Part shown: positions 21,244 through 29,791 of the stretch, piece after piece
Layout of the letters: each line of letters begins with the position of its first letter
Position numbering within the stretch: the stretch's first letter is position 1
IMG/VR virus record: IMGVR_UViG_3300045988_092413
Span: 1 to 34,424 of that record
From: a virus
Reading direction: 5' to 3' (one strand)
DNA: 34,424 nt
Translations under genes and position numbers: made by a program
The notes under the pieces: generated by a model
Seen by the model: only the letters and a program-made list of their open reading frames with translations
The model's database searches: none
Told to the model about the DNA's origin: nothing

Positions 21244-22725
21244 TCACACCCCCTTAACGCCGTAAATTCTGACCGGGATACACGCACGTTGATCGTCGCT
21301 TGTGCTGTCTGTCAATCGTATAGCCTTCCCAAAATGATTTGTGTCTAGAGTGAAATCTCGGAATTGGCCACCAGCGCCATGTTCAGTATCTGTGAGGAAA
21401 TAAAATCTTAACCTATCCCCTTTTTTTGCCACGGCAGAAAACGAACGCACGTTTGAGTTGACATATGCAAGAAAATAAATCATGCAATAATTGTAGGCTT
21501 TCCAGTCGAATGTTACGGTCTGTTCGTCGAACGAGCTGTTAGGTGAGGCGTTTTCCCACAATACTTCCGTCGAATACTTTTTCTCAATTTCGTCCTTTAG
21601 CTGACTAAGCTCAGCTCCCGTCGCTTTCGCATCTGCGGCTTTTCTCGCCATTGTCAGCGTCGCGTCCGTGCCGGAGAGCGCCCCAACGTCCGCCGCTGTC
21701 GGCATCCAGTCGTCAGCACGCGCCCCAACGTCCGCTGCGGTCAACGTCACTTTCCCCGCCTCGTCCGGCGCTTTACCGTTGATCGTCAGGCTGCCCAGAC
21801 TCCCCGTGTCGCCGCGCGGGATCGTCAGCTCGATCACCGGCGCTTCCGCCGTGCCGGTCTGCTTGACGCTCGCCGCCGTTCCCGGCTCGCCGGTCTTGAC
21901 TTGCACTGTGATCTGAGGGGTTGCGCCGGGGTCGCCTTTATCGCCCTTGGGCAGGCCGAGCACGATATTGTAGTGCCCGTCCACCTCAGTCAGCTTTGCC
22001 GTCGGTGCAGCGCCCGCCGCAAGGCCAGTCGCTGTGATGGTCATGTCGTCGATCTTGGTGGCAGCTTCCGTGGCAGTAGTAGCCGCGGCTTTCGCCGCGG
22101 AAGCGCCATCTGTCGCCTGCCCAGCCGCGTTTCTCGCGTCGCTCGCCGCGCCATTAGCGGCCTCGATAGCCGACGCGACTTTCTTCAGCGCATCGCCGAC
22201 CGATGCAGCAGCACCCTCTGCCTTTTCCGCGGCCGCATCGCATCGCCCGATAGACGCCATAATCTCGTCGAGATTGGGGATGCGCTTACCCTCATCCAGG
22301 ATGTCGTCCCCAGTCGGATCGATCGCCATGACGGCCATGCGCGCGACCGCAACACTCGCTCCGTCCCTGGTCACGCGGATCGTGCAACCGACCGGGCCGG
22401 GGATATTGGCCGCATCCCTCGGCAAAACTGCTTTTATCTCACCGCCGCTCTCTACCGTCGCCTCGCTATATGTAGTGCCGCCGCTCTCTACCGTCGCCTC
22501 GCTATATGTAGTGCCGCCGCTCCCGTCCTCAGACAAGGCGCGCGCACAGTAGAGCGATGCGGTCGCTCCGGTCAAGTCTACCGGCACGCCGTTTTTTTTG
22601 ATCGTCACGATCCAGACCAGCGCCTGCACATCGCCCTTGACGATCGGCTGATCCCGCACGAGGACGGGGTTGCTCTGCGTCAGCTCGATCGTCTGGCGTT
22701 GCGTAAATCCCTCCATTTTTGCCAT
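21244..22725 (-). CDS. Tail fibre / receptor-binding protein with BppU-like N-terminal domain
   Basis: N-terminal Ig-like baseplate-upper-protein pattern, Ala-rich coiled-coil, short collagen-like PKGDKGDPG, and a distinct AT-richer C-terminal domain. Confidence 0.75.
   Translation of the reverse strand: MAKMEGFTQRQTIELTQSNPVLVRDQPIVKGDVQALVWIVTIKKNGVPVDLTGATASLYCARALSEDGSGGTTYSEATVESGGTTYSEATVESGGEIKAVLPRDAANIPGPVGCTIRVTRDGASVAVARMAVMAIDPTGDDILDEGKRIPNLDEIMASIGRCDAAAEKAEGAAASVGDALKKVASAIEAANGAASDARNAAGQATDGASAAKAAATTATEAATKIDDMTITATGLAAGAAPTAKLTEVDGHYNIVLGLPKGDKGDPGATPQITVQVKTGEPGTAASVKQTGTAEAPVIELTIPRGDTGSLGSLTINGKAPDEAGKVTLTAADVGARADDWMPTAADVGALSGTDATLTMARKAADAKATGAELSQLKDEIEKKYSTEVLWENASPNSSFDEQTVTFDWKAYNYCMIYFLAYVNSNVRSFSAVAKKGDRLRFYFLTDTEHGAGGQFRDFTLDTNHFGKAIRLTDSTSDDQRACIPVRIYGVKGV
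22443..22522. repeat. 36-bp in-frame tandem duplication (2.2 copies) inside the fibre N-terminal domain
   Basis: cgccgctctctaccgtcgcctcgctatatgtagtgc occurs twice in a row, encoding GGTTYSEATVES twice. Confidence 0.9.
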
Positions 22726-22731
22726 CCCCCC

Positions 22732-24825
22732 TTAATAGTCGCCTGCCCCGCGAGACTGAATAAAAACTTGGAAAAACAGGTTTGCCGTGATCCGTGTCAG
22801 CGCGTCCGGCACAAAGGAGACCTTGTGCCAAGTGCTGCGCGTCACGCGCCCGTCAGCGTTGGCCGACATATACTTGGCGATATCGATCTCCTTTTCATCG
22901 CCAACATCCTCAGCGGGTATCTCTTTGCCGTCCACCTTGATCGTCACGGACTGCGCACGGCTGCCGGTATAGATGCCGTACTCAATGTCATGCGTGTGCT
23001 CGGGGATTTTGACGCTGTGCCTGTGCGGCTCTAAATCAAACCACATCGAGGGGATCACGTGCTCATGCTGGATGTCATGCACATGCGGCATATCATGCGC
23101 GTGGGCAAAATCGTGGCTGTGAGTGCCGTTTTCACTCGTGCCCGGCTTTCCGCTTCCGCCCTGCGCATCATATGCGCCCGTCGTCCAGAGCGTGCCGCTC
23201 CCTTCGACCTCACCCTCCGGCGTCACCTTGATATTTTTGTTGCCCGAGTAGATGCCGCCAGTCGCTTCCGCACCGGCAGACAGGCTGTGATTGTGCGCAA
23301 TAGAGTAAGTCTTTGACGTGCCCGTAAAATTATGGCTGTGCGACGCGAGCGCATGGACATGCGCAAAATTATGGCTATGATTACCGGCTTTGTCCGTCTC
23401 CGTTTTGACCCCGCCAAGATAGTCCTTCGGCCCGCCGGTCAGCGACACTGCGCTGCCATCAGTGGCGTCCATCGGACTGCTGGAGTATTTGACGCCAATG
23501 GAGATCGTCTGCGCCGGTATCGTCACCGTGCCGCCTCCGCCCTCCTCGCTCGTTCGTGTACTGCCGCCGCCGGACTTGGCCAGCTTGGCGTAACTCCGAT
23601 ACGCCTCGATTTGCCATTTAAGCAGGCAGCGGTTAATGCGCAGGACATTTCCGGGGACATAAAAAGACATCTCCAGAGGGTGATCTGCGTCACAACTATC
23701 CGATATCTGCATACTGTACAGATTGGTCGCGCCCTGGCTGTACAGCTCCTGCACGCCGATCTTGTCTAGTATCTCGTTAAGCTCCTCGGCCGTGTCGCGC
23801 ACGCTGCTGTCCAGCGTCAGCTTGACGTTGCCGGGGTCGCCCTCCATGTCGGTCTTTTCGCGGCCGGTCACGCGCGTTTTGATCGTCTCGCCGAGCGCCT
23901 CGTCGAGGATCAGCACACGGTCGCCAACCTGGGCGTTGTCCCAGTCCTCGCCGGTCAGCATGTGCAGATCAACGCAGGTCGCCTCGTAGGAGACCTGCGG
24001 ACGCTTCCCGCTTTCCAAAATGGCGCGCATCCGCGCCAACAGTGTCGCCGGATCGGTCTGCCGGAGATCGGCATGCAGCCCGACGCGCACGCCGTAGCGC
24101 GCCATCGTCTCCGCGTCCGCGTCGATGTAGTCCTTTCCGCCGTTGACGGAGGCGACTGTCAGTTGATTGTCGCCCTCGCCATATCCACGGCCGACCAGCC
24201 GCGTGACGATCCGCCCGTCGATTGTGCGCTGGATGGCGGTGACGTTTCGCCCGTAGACCAGCGGCCGCGTCGCCTCCTGCCCAAGCTTCCGCAGCCGGAT
24301 CGTCCAGGGCTTTGCGCTTGCGTCAAAGATAAATGCGTACTCGTCCACGAGCACCTCGCCCAGCGACATGATGGCCTCAAGCAGCGTCACGTCCTCAAAA
24401 TTATACTGGTATTGGTCGGCAAAATCGCACGCGCCCAGTTCCCAGCGCGCCGTCGATTGGCGCGCGAGGATGTAACCCAGCACCCAGCGCGTGTCAAGCT
24501 CCGTCCCGCCCAGCTCGTGATGGCCGATCAGCATGTCGTCCAGCAGCGTGCACTCCGCGCTCTCCAGCTCGTAGGTCACAGTTGCGCCGCTCTCCTTGTT
24601 GGCGTGGACGGCCGATTTGACGCGATAGAGCCCGACGTAGTCCTCCCCATCCGTCAACCGCACCCAGCTTGTCGGCACGTCGATCAACTCCGTTATCGGA
24701 TCGCCAGCAGCCAGCTCAAGCGTCGCCGTGTCCAGCTCGTTAAGGGTCTGCTTGTAGCCGCAGCGGATCGCCGTATCGATTGGCGCTTTGAGCGTCATGC
24801 CGTCGCTCTCCATCAACTCGATCAT
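22732..24825 (-). CDS. Tail-associated lysin-type / tail tip protein (Tal, prophage-tail N-terminal domain) with His-rich C-terminal region
   Basis: ATG 24825 after GGGAGGTG, with an ATGA overlap with Dit. The N-terminal 350 aa follow the siphovirus minor structural protein pattern. The C-terminus has about ten HxH motifs. Confidence 0.8.
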   Translation of the reverse strand: MIELMESDGMTLKAPIDTAIRCGYKQTLNELDTATLELAAGDPITELIDVPTSWVRLTDGEDYVGLYRVKSAVHANKESGATVTYELESAECTLLDDMLIGHHELGGTELDTRWVLGYILARQSTARWELGACDFADQYQYNFEDVTLLEAIMSLGEVLVDEYAFIFDASAKPWTIRLRKLGQEATRPLVYGRNVTAIQRTIDGRIVTRLVGRGYGEGDNQLTVASVNGGKDYIDADAETMARYGVRVGLHADLRQTDPATLLARMRAILESGKRPQVSYEATCVDLHMLTGEDWDNAQVGDRVLILDEALGETIKTRVTGREKTDMEGDPGNVKLTLDSSVRDTAEELNEILDKIGVQELYSQGATNLYSMQISDSCDADHPLEMSFYVPGNVLRINRCLLKWQIEAYRSYAKLAKSGGGSTRTSEEGGGGTVTIPAQTISIGVKYSSSPMDATDGSAVSLTGGPKDYLGGVKTETDKAGNHSHNFAHVHALASHSHNFTGTSKTYSIAHNHSLSAGAEATGGIYSGNKNIKVTPEGEVEGSGTLWTTGAYDAQGGSGKPGTSENGTHSHDFAHAHDMPHVHDIQHEHVIPSMWFDLEPHRHSVKIPEHTHDIEYGIYTGSRAQSVTIKVDGKEIPAEDVGDEKEIDIAKYMSANADGRVTRSTWHKVSFVPDALTRITANLFFQVFIQSRGAGDY

Positions 24826-25589
24826 GCAATCCACCTCCCGCGCAGATAAGCCGTCACGACAGCCTCGCCGCCGGTCAGCATAATGCCGATACTCTGCCCG
24901 CGCGTCACCTTCAGCCGTTTCCAGGCTTTGACTGCGCCAAAGCGCTGCACGCCGTCCACGCTGAGGATCGGCGGAAGGTTTGCCCTCGCGTCCCCTGCCT
25001 CGTAGCGGATCGTTTGCCCCACCGCCGCGTTAAGTCCGGACATCGCCAGCGACTTACCGCCGACCACGATGGTCGCCGCCGTCACATTGCCGCTTGTGAC
25101 CTTGATATCCACGCGCAGCGGCGCGGCAACGTCCGTATCAAAGCCCGCGCGGATAGTCGCCTTCCCGCCGCCGGTCGTGGCGGTTGCCGTTTGCGCGTGT
25201 GTCGCATAGGCAAGCCCCTGCAAGGTTGCGGTCAGTTGGATGCAGCCGTCCGGCCAGCTTTTACCGTCCAGTTCAGCGGCCTTGTCAAAGCTACAGATGC
25301 GATAAACCTCCGGGTCTCGATCAAGGATCATCCTGCCGCGCTGTGCGCATAGCCAGCCGACAATCCGGCGGCAAAATGTCTCGTCCGCCTCGCGTCCGTC
25401 CATCGGCGTCAGCGTCACCTTGCGCGTCACGCTCTTATAGCTGGCCTCTCCGATCTCCGCCTCGATGCCGCCGGGCAGGGCGTACAGGTTGCGGCTGATC
25501 GTCGTGCCGATGGTCGTCGTCTCCCCAAAAAAGGCATGCGCGCCAAAATCTCGGCAGCTTTTCCCGGCAAAAATAAAATCGTCGTACAC
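24822..25589 (-). CDS. Distal tail protein (Dit)
   Basis: GTG 25589 after GGGGTGG, directly after the TMP stop. VYDDFIFAGKSCRDFG... Position between TMP and Tal. The track ORF N-terminus overlaps TMP and is rejected. Confidence 0.7.
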   Translation of the reverse strand: MYDDFIFAGKSCRDFGAHAFFGETTTIGTTISRNLYALPGGIEAEIGEASYKSVTRKVTLTPMDGREADETFCRRIVGWLCAQRGRMILDRDPEVYRICSFDKAAELDGKSWPDGCIQLTATLQGLAYATHAQTATATTGGGKATIRAGFDTDVAAPLRVDIKVTSGNVTAATIVVGGKSLAMSGLNAAVGQTIRYEAGDARANLPPILSVDGVQRFGAVKAWKRLKVTRGQSIGIMLTGGEAVVTAYLRGRWIA

Positions 25590-25590
25590 C

Positions 25591-28134
25591 TTACCACCCC
25601 TTTCGATTTGCGCTTTGGCCGCTGACGGTCGCAGACGATCTGGTGGCGATCTGCTGGCTGACGCCCTCGGCGACGACGCGCCCGGTGCGCTGTCCATCAA
25701 AGTACAATCCCATGCCGTCCAGCGCCCCTCTGACGGCCTCGGCGATGTCACTGGCAGAAATACCCACACCGCCGCCTTGCGCGTCTCCTGCGGGCGCATA
25801 GGCCGCCCTCTGCGCGTTATAGCCGCCGCTAAAAGCTTCCGCCAGCGCGCTGCCCGCCCGCGCGACGCGATCATCCGCCTCGTCAAAGGCGTCCAGCAGC
25901 CCCTCTACCGTGTATTCGCCAGCCTCGGCCATCACTCGGCTTGGGCTGTGTATCTGCATCGTCGTCGTATAGCCGCGCCGAAAAGCGCCGCCGATGCGCT
26001 TGCCCGCGCTGTATGCGTCGTCCTCGCGCGCATTGATCGCGCTCAGCAGGCCGTCCACGCTGTCGTCTCCAACCTGCGACAGATCGCCCATCCCGCTGTC
26101 CGTGCCGTCCACCGCGGCCGTGCCGAGCGTCTCGCCCGCATCTTGCATATCCGGCTCCATGTCCGTGATCGCGTCCACGCCCGCCTGCGTCATTTCCTCC
26201 GTTGCGGTGGTCATATCACCCGTCTTGTCGGCAATGCCGCTTATCGCGCTTTCCGCGAGGCCCGTTCCAGCTGTTCCCGCAGCGTCCGCCTTGTCCGTAA
26301 TGGCATCCGTCGCACCGCCCGCAGCGTCATCAGCGGCGTCATAAAAGCTGCCATAAAGCGCTTCATATCCCTCAATTAAAGCGTTGGCTGTGATAGGGTC
26401 TCCTGCGCTAAAAGCGTCTTCGATCTGTTGTCGCAGGTCTTTCGCTCCCTGGTCGATCTCTTGCTGGCTTTTGTCTCCCGTGAAGCCCTCCACGACAACA
26501 TCGACGACCTGCGCGCCGATGTCCTTCAACTCTTCTTTTTTTTGATCGACCGCGTTGCCGACATCACCCGCGATTGATCCGACCGCATTGACCACGCCCT
26601 GCGCCACGCCGTTATCGTCAAAGCCCTCGTTAAAAGCCTGGAATGCCCTTTTTCCTGCTTCCAAAAAAGGCCCCGTCGTTTCACCTATGCCTTGGCTAAT
26701 ACGCTCTTGCGTGCCCGCCACCGCATCGCTAAAGGTGTCGAGTTTGGCCGTCATCGCATCTTCGGTTGCGCCCGCCACGTCGCCGACTTTTTGATAGCCC
26801 GCGAGGATGGTATCGACAATCTGGCCGTTGGTCTCCGTCCAAATCTTATCGCCAAAGAGCGTCTTGCCCAGATCGTCCCGCTTGGCCTTGTCCTCGATAC
26901 TTTGCAGGCCCGTCAGCACACGCTGGACAGCTTCAGACGCCGCGTCGCCGCCCGCGCGCATCTTGGTAGGGATATCGGCAGTCAAGAGGTTAAGGTCTTT
27001 GAGCGCCGTTTTGCTGTCCTCACTGCCGCTTGTGAGCGTCTTGACAAAATTCTCAACGCCCTTGTTGAGGTTACTGTCCTTTCCGAGCGTCTGGTCGTTG
27101 CTCGCGCTTTTGAGCGCGCTGTACATATTGTCCGCGTCATATCCGAGCTGCTGGTAGACCTGGCTGTAATCCTCGTAAGCGTTGAGCATCTGCGCGCCGC
27201 CATCCGAAAAATCTTGCATGCCCTTGGTCATTAAATCCAGCGCGTGATCCCACGTAATGCCGTAGGCGTTGACCATGCTCGTCGCGCGGTTGATCGTGTC
27301 TTGTGTGCTCTGGCCAAAGACCTGGTCGAGTGTGATGACCTCGTTGGTGATGCGGGTGATGTACTCGTCGTCCGTGATACCGGCGTTTCCCAGCGCCGTA
27401 TCGACCGCGGCCACGTCGCTGACCGTCTGATCGCCACTTCGCTGCCCGGCCCATCGACGATCCACCTCATCCTTGATCTTTCTGCGTCGCTCGGCCACCT
27501 CCGGACTGCCTGCCAGCGCGAGCGCCTGCGCGTCCTCCGTCTCGCCCTGGATGGCCTCGCCCAGTGCCCACTTGATGCCGTCCCGCAGTCCTTCGAGCGC
27601 CTTTTTTCCGACCTCAAACTCAATGAGTTTTTTTCCGACCACGTCGCCGATGCTGGCCGCCAAATCCTGCACGTCTCCCTGTGCCTGGTTGGCGCTGTCG
27701 CCGATATTTTCGAGGCTCTTCGCCGCGCCGTCGAGTCCTTCGTTGGTCTGCCCGCTCGCATCCGTGATCGCATCCAAGCCATCCGTAAAGCCGCGCATCT
27801 GTGTCTCCGTCTTGGCCATCTCCACGCGCGCATTGTTGATTTTTGTGCGCAGTTCGACCGCTTGACGGCTGTTTTTTCCGTATGCGTCCTCAACCTTGCC
27901 CAGCTGCGCCTCCATCAGGGCGAGGCGCTGGCGTTGCTGCTCAAGGCTCAGGTTGAGCGCCTCCGTCTGCTGCGCGGTCGTGCGCGTCGCGCTGTCCGCG
28001 TTGGCATATTCAGCCGCGGCCACGGAGAGCGCCGACTTGGTTTCTTTCAGCTGGCGGTTGATATCCGCCAGCGCCGCCTTATACTGTTTTTCGCCCTCGA
28101 TCACGATCTTGGTGCGGATCGTCGTGTCGCTCAT
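25591..28134 (-). CDS. Tape measure protein
   Basis: 847 aa, coiled-coil-rich, Ala/Gly/Asp-rich. Lies after the frameshifted chaperone pair. RBS GGAGGTG. Confidence 0.9.
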   Translation of the reverse strand: MSDTTIRTKIVIEGEKQYKAALADINRQLKETKSALSVAAAEYANADSATRTTAQQTEALNLSLEQQRQRLALMEAQLGKVEDAYGKNSRQAVELRTKINNARVEMAKTETQMRGFTDGLDAITDASGQTNEGLDGAAKSLENIGDSANQAQGDVQDLAASIGDVVGKKLIEFEVGKKALEGLRDGIKWALGEAIQGETEDAQALALAGSPEVAERRRKIKDEVDRRWAGQRSGDQTVSDVAAVDTALGNAGITDDEYITRITNEVITLDQVFGQSTQDTINRATSMVNAYGITWDHALDLMTKGMQDFSDGGAQMLNAYEDYSQVYQQLGYDADNMYSALKSASNDQTLGKDSNLNKGVENFVKTLTSGSEDSKTALKDLNLLTADIPTKMRAGGDAASEAVQRVLTGLQSIEDKAKRDDLGKTLFGDKIWTETNGQIVDTILAGYQKVGDVAGATEDAMTAKLDTFSDAVAGTQERISQGIGETTGPFLEAGKRAFQAFNEGFDDNGVAQGVVNAVGSIAGDVGNAVDQKKEELKDIGAQVVDVVVEGFTGDKSQQEIDQGAKDLRQQIEDAFSAGDPITANALIEGYEALYGSFYDAADDAAGGATDAITDKADAAGTAGTGLAESAISGIADKTGDMTTATEEMTQAGVDAITDMEPDMQDAGETLGTAAVDGTDSGMGDLSQVGDDSVDGLLSAINAREDDAYSAGKRIGGAFRRGYTTTMQIHSPSRVMAEAGEYTVEGLLDAFDEADDRVARAGSALAEAFSGGYNAQRAAYAPAGDAQGGGVGISASDIAEAVRGALDGMGLYFDGQRTGRVVAEGVSQQIATRSSATVSGQSANRKGW

Positions 28135-28149
28135 CGTCTGTCACCTCCA

Positions 28150-28694
28150 TCATGGACAGTCTGCGAGGCTGCCCATCCGTCTGGGCGCGCTGCTCTCCGC
28201 CTGCTTGCGTGTAAGTCTCAGCACCGCCGCCGGAGATAATCGCCAAAACTCATCGACGCTTATGCCCGCGCTCAGCGCGGCGCGCATCATGCGCCCCCAT
28301 GGCAGATTATCCGACGGCCTCATGCGTTTTTTCCCTGCCCGCCTTTGCCCGCCTCGATTGCAGCCACCGCCGCATTGACGATATCATCGGCCTGCTCAAG
28401 CATCTCGCGATAGGTCACATGCGCGTCAAAATCGGCAAATGCGATTCGCTGCCGTCCGGGCACATGGTCGCGGATTTCCGCCGACGCGATTGCGCCCCAG
28501 CACAACGCGCAGAGCGCGCCAAAGATTTTTTGGTGTGCCTGCGTCAGGATGCCCAAATAGCCCATCCGCACGCCCGTCGCCGCCGAATAACAAAGCTCCG
28601 TGCGCCGAATCTGCTCGTTGTCAAATCGCAGCTCGTAAGCTCTTCCGCCGAGTTCCACCGTGATAACCGGCGCGTCAATATCCATTGCCTGCAT
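28150..28694 (-). CDS. Tail assembly chaperone, -1 frameshift product (gpGT-like)
   Basis: Slipping at G GGA AAA gives ...GKKRMRPSDNLPWGRMMRAALSAGISVDEFWRLSPAAVLRLTRKQAESSAPRRMGSLADCP, with the stop at 28150-28152 just before the TMP start. Confidence 0.7.
28320..28694 (-). CDS. Tail assembly chaperone (gpG-like, zero-frame product)
   Basis: 124 aa between the major tail protein and TMP. Ends ...GKGGQGKNA over a slippery site. Confidence 0.75.
   Translation of the reverse strand: MQAMDIDAPVITVELGGRAYELRFDNEQIRRTELCYSAATGVRMGYLGILTQAHQKIFGALCALCWGAIASAEIRDHVPGRQRIAFADFDAHVTYREMLEQADDIVNAAVAAIEAGKGGQGKNA
28329..28335 (-). other. -1 programmed ribosomal frameshift slippery heptamer GGGAAAA
   Basis: The minus strand reads CAG GGA AAA AAC GCA TGA. 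This is the X XXY YYZ pattern, 3 codons before the zero-frame stop. Confidence 0.7.
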
Positions 28695-28752
28695 AAGATT
28701 CTCCTCCTGTCCGCCTGCGGGGTCATGCCCCCGCGATCGCGTATAAAATCAA

Positions 28753-28775
28753 GCGGCAAAGCCTCGCCTTGCCGC
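28753..28775 (-). terminator. Possible attenuator/terminator after the major tail protein gene
   Basis: gcggcaa/ttgccgc stem with a 9-nt loop. The minus strand is followed by TTGATTTTAT. Weak. Confidence 0.35.
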
Positions 28776-28784
28776 CTTAAAGTG

Positions 28785-29450
28785 TTAGATCGTCGCCAGC
28801 CCCTCCGAGAGGGCGGCCAAATCCGGCACCGTCGCAAAAAACGTCTCCGGCGTCTTTGTCTTGTTGGCTTCCAGCGCCGTGTCGCAGATGACCTCGACCG
28901 GCCGCATAAACGCGCCGTTGCCGATGCTCATGCGATATGCGACGCGCGTGCCCGCGTGCTCCAGCGTCGGGATCGTGTAGCTGAGGGTATCGTCCTCCTC
29001 GGTGGTGGCCGTCACCTCGCCCTCAGAAAACTCGCCCTGCAAAATCCAGCGCATAACCATCGTGCCGTCGTCGCGCGTCTCGCATACGCCAACCGCACAC
29101 TTGGGCTGTGCCTTGTCGCCCAAAATCTCAACGCCCTTGCTCATCACATGGCCGAGCACTGCCGCGCGCTTTTCGGCTACCATCCGCGGATAGCTGATCT
29201 TGGTGGTCATGCCGGTCAGCATTTTGCGCTTGCGGATCATCCGGTTGCTGGCAGCCAGTTTCCCTTCGGCGTAGGTCGGCGTCAGGCCGACCTCCGTGTT
29301 CTCACAAGCCAAAAAGGGCGTGTCATATGTCGGTGGGGTCGTGCTGGTGCCCTCGCTCGTCATTAGCGCGATGTATGCGTCCGATACGCCGGTATACAGG
29401 CCGAGCGCCTGCAATGCGGTCAGATCGGCGTTAAAAGTAGGTTCTGCCAT
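28785..29450 (-). CDS. Major tail protein
   Basis: 221 aa. Position before the chaperones. The N-terminal pattern resembles phi13/TP901-type major tail proteins. Confidence 0.75.
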   Translation of the reverse strand: MAEPTFNADLTALQALGLYTGVSDAYIALMTSEGTSTTPPTYDTPFLACENTEVGLTPTYAEGKLAASNRMIRKRKMLTGMTTKISYPRMVAEKRAAVLGHVMSKGVEILGDKAQPKCAVGVCETRDDGTMVMRWILQGEFSEGEVTATTEEDDTLSYTIPTLEHAGTRVAYRMSIGNGAFMRPVEVICDTALEANKTKTPETFFATVPDLAALSEGLATI

Positions 29451-29774
29451 TTAATTTTCGTCCTCCTTTATGTTCCGCGGGTCGTAGCGCAACTGGAGCA
29501 CCAGCCGCACATGTTGAGCGTAGATGGCCTCTTGCGCGCTATCCTCCGCGTCAGTCAACTGGCGGCAAAAGAGCAGCGCCGCCGAAGCGTATAGTTTGGG
29601 CGCGCAGACCGCCATCGCGTCGTAGACGCCAGCTGCGCGCAAGCTCTCCACGGCAGCCTCCATGTTGTCCATGGCCTCCTGGTCAAGCTCGCTGCCCTCA
29701 TCCACGCCACGCAGATAGCGGCGCACGCGCTCCTGACCGCCCAGATAGTCGTCAATCAGCGTCCGCGCGTCCAT
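29451..29774 (-). CDS. Head-tail connector protein (gp6-like)
   Basis: 107 aa directly after the capsid gene. Helical, ending ...LVLQLRYDPRN, as in gp6-like connectors. Confidence 0.55.
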   Translation of the reverse strand: MDARTLIDDYLGGQERVRRYLRGVDEGSELDQEAMDNMEAAVESLRAAGVYDAMAVCAPKLYASAALLFCRQLTDAEDSAQEAIYAQHVRLVLQLRYDPRNIKEDEN

Positions 29775-29791
29775 GCCTCACGCCTCCCCTG

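Noticed and set aside
21244-22725. Diversity-generating retroelement targeting the fibre
   Set aside because: There is no reverse transcriptase gene and no template/variable repeat pair anywhere in the window. The only internal repeat is a perfect tandem duplication.
25590-25886. N-terminal extension of the Dit ORF (track ORF 24822..25886)
   Set aside because: It overlaps the 3' end of the tape measure gene in another frame. GTG 25589 with an RBS right after the TMP stop is the natural start.
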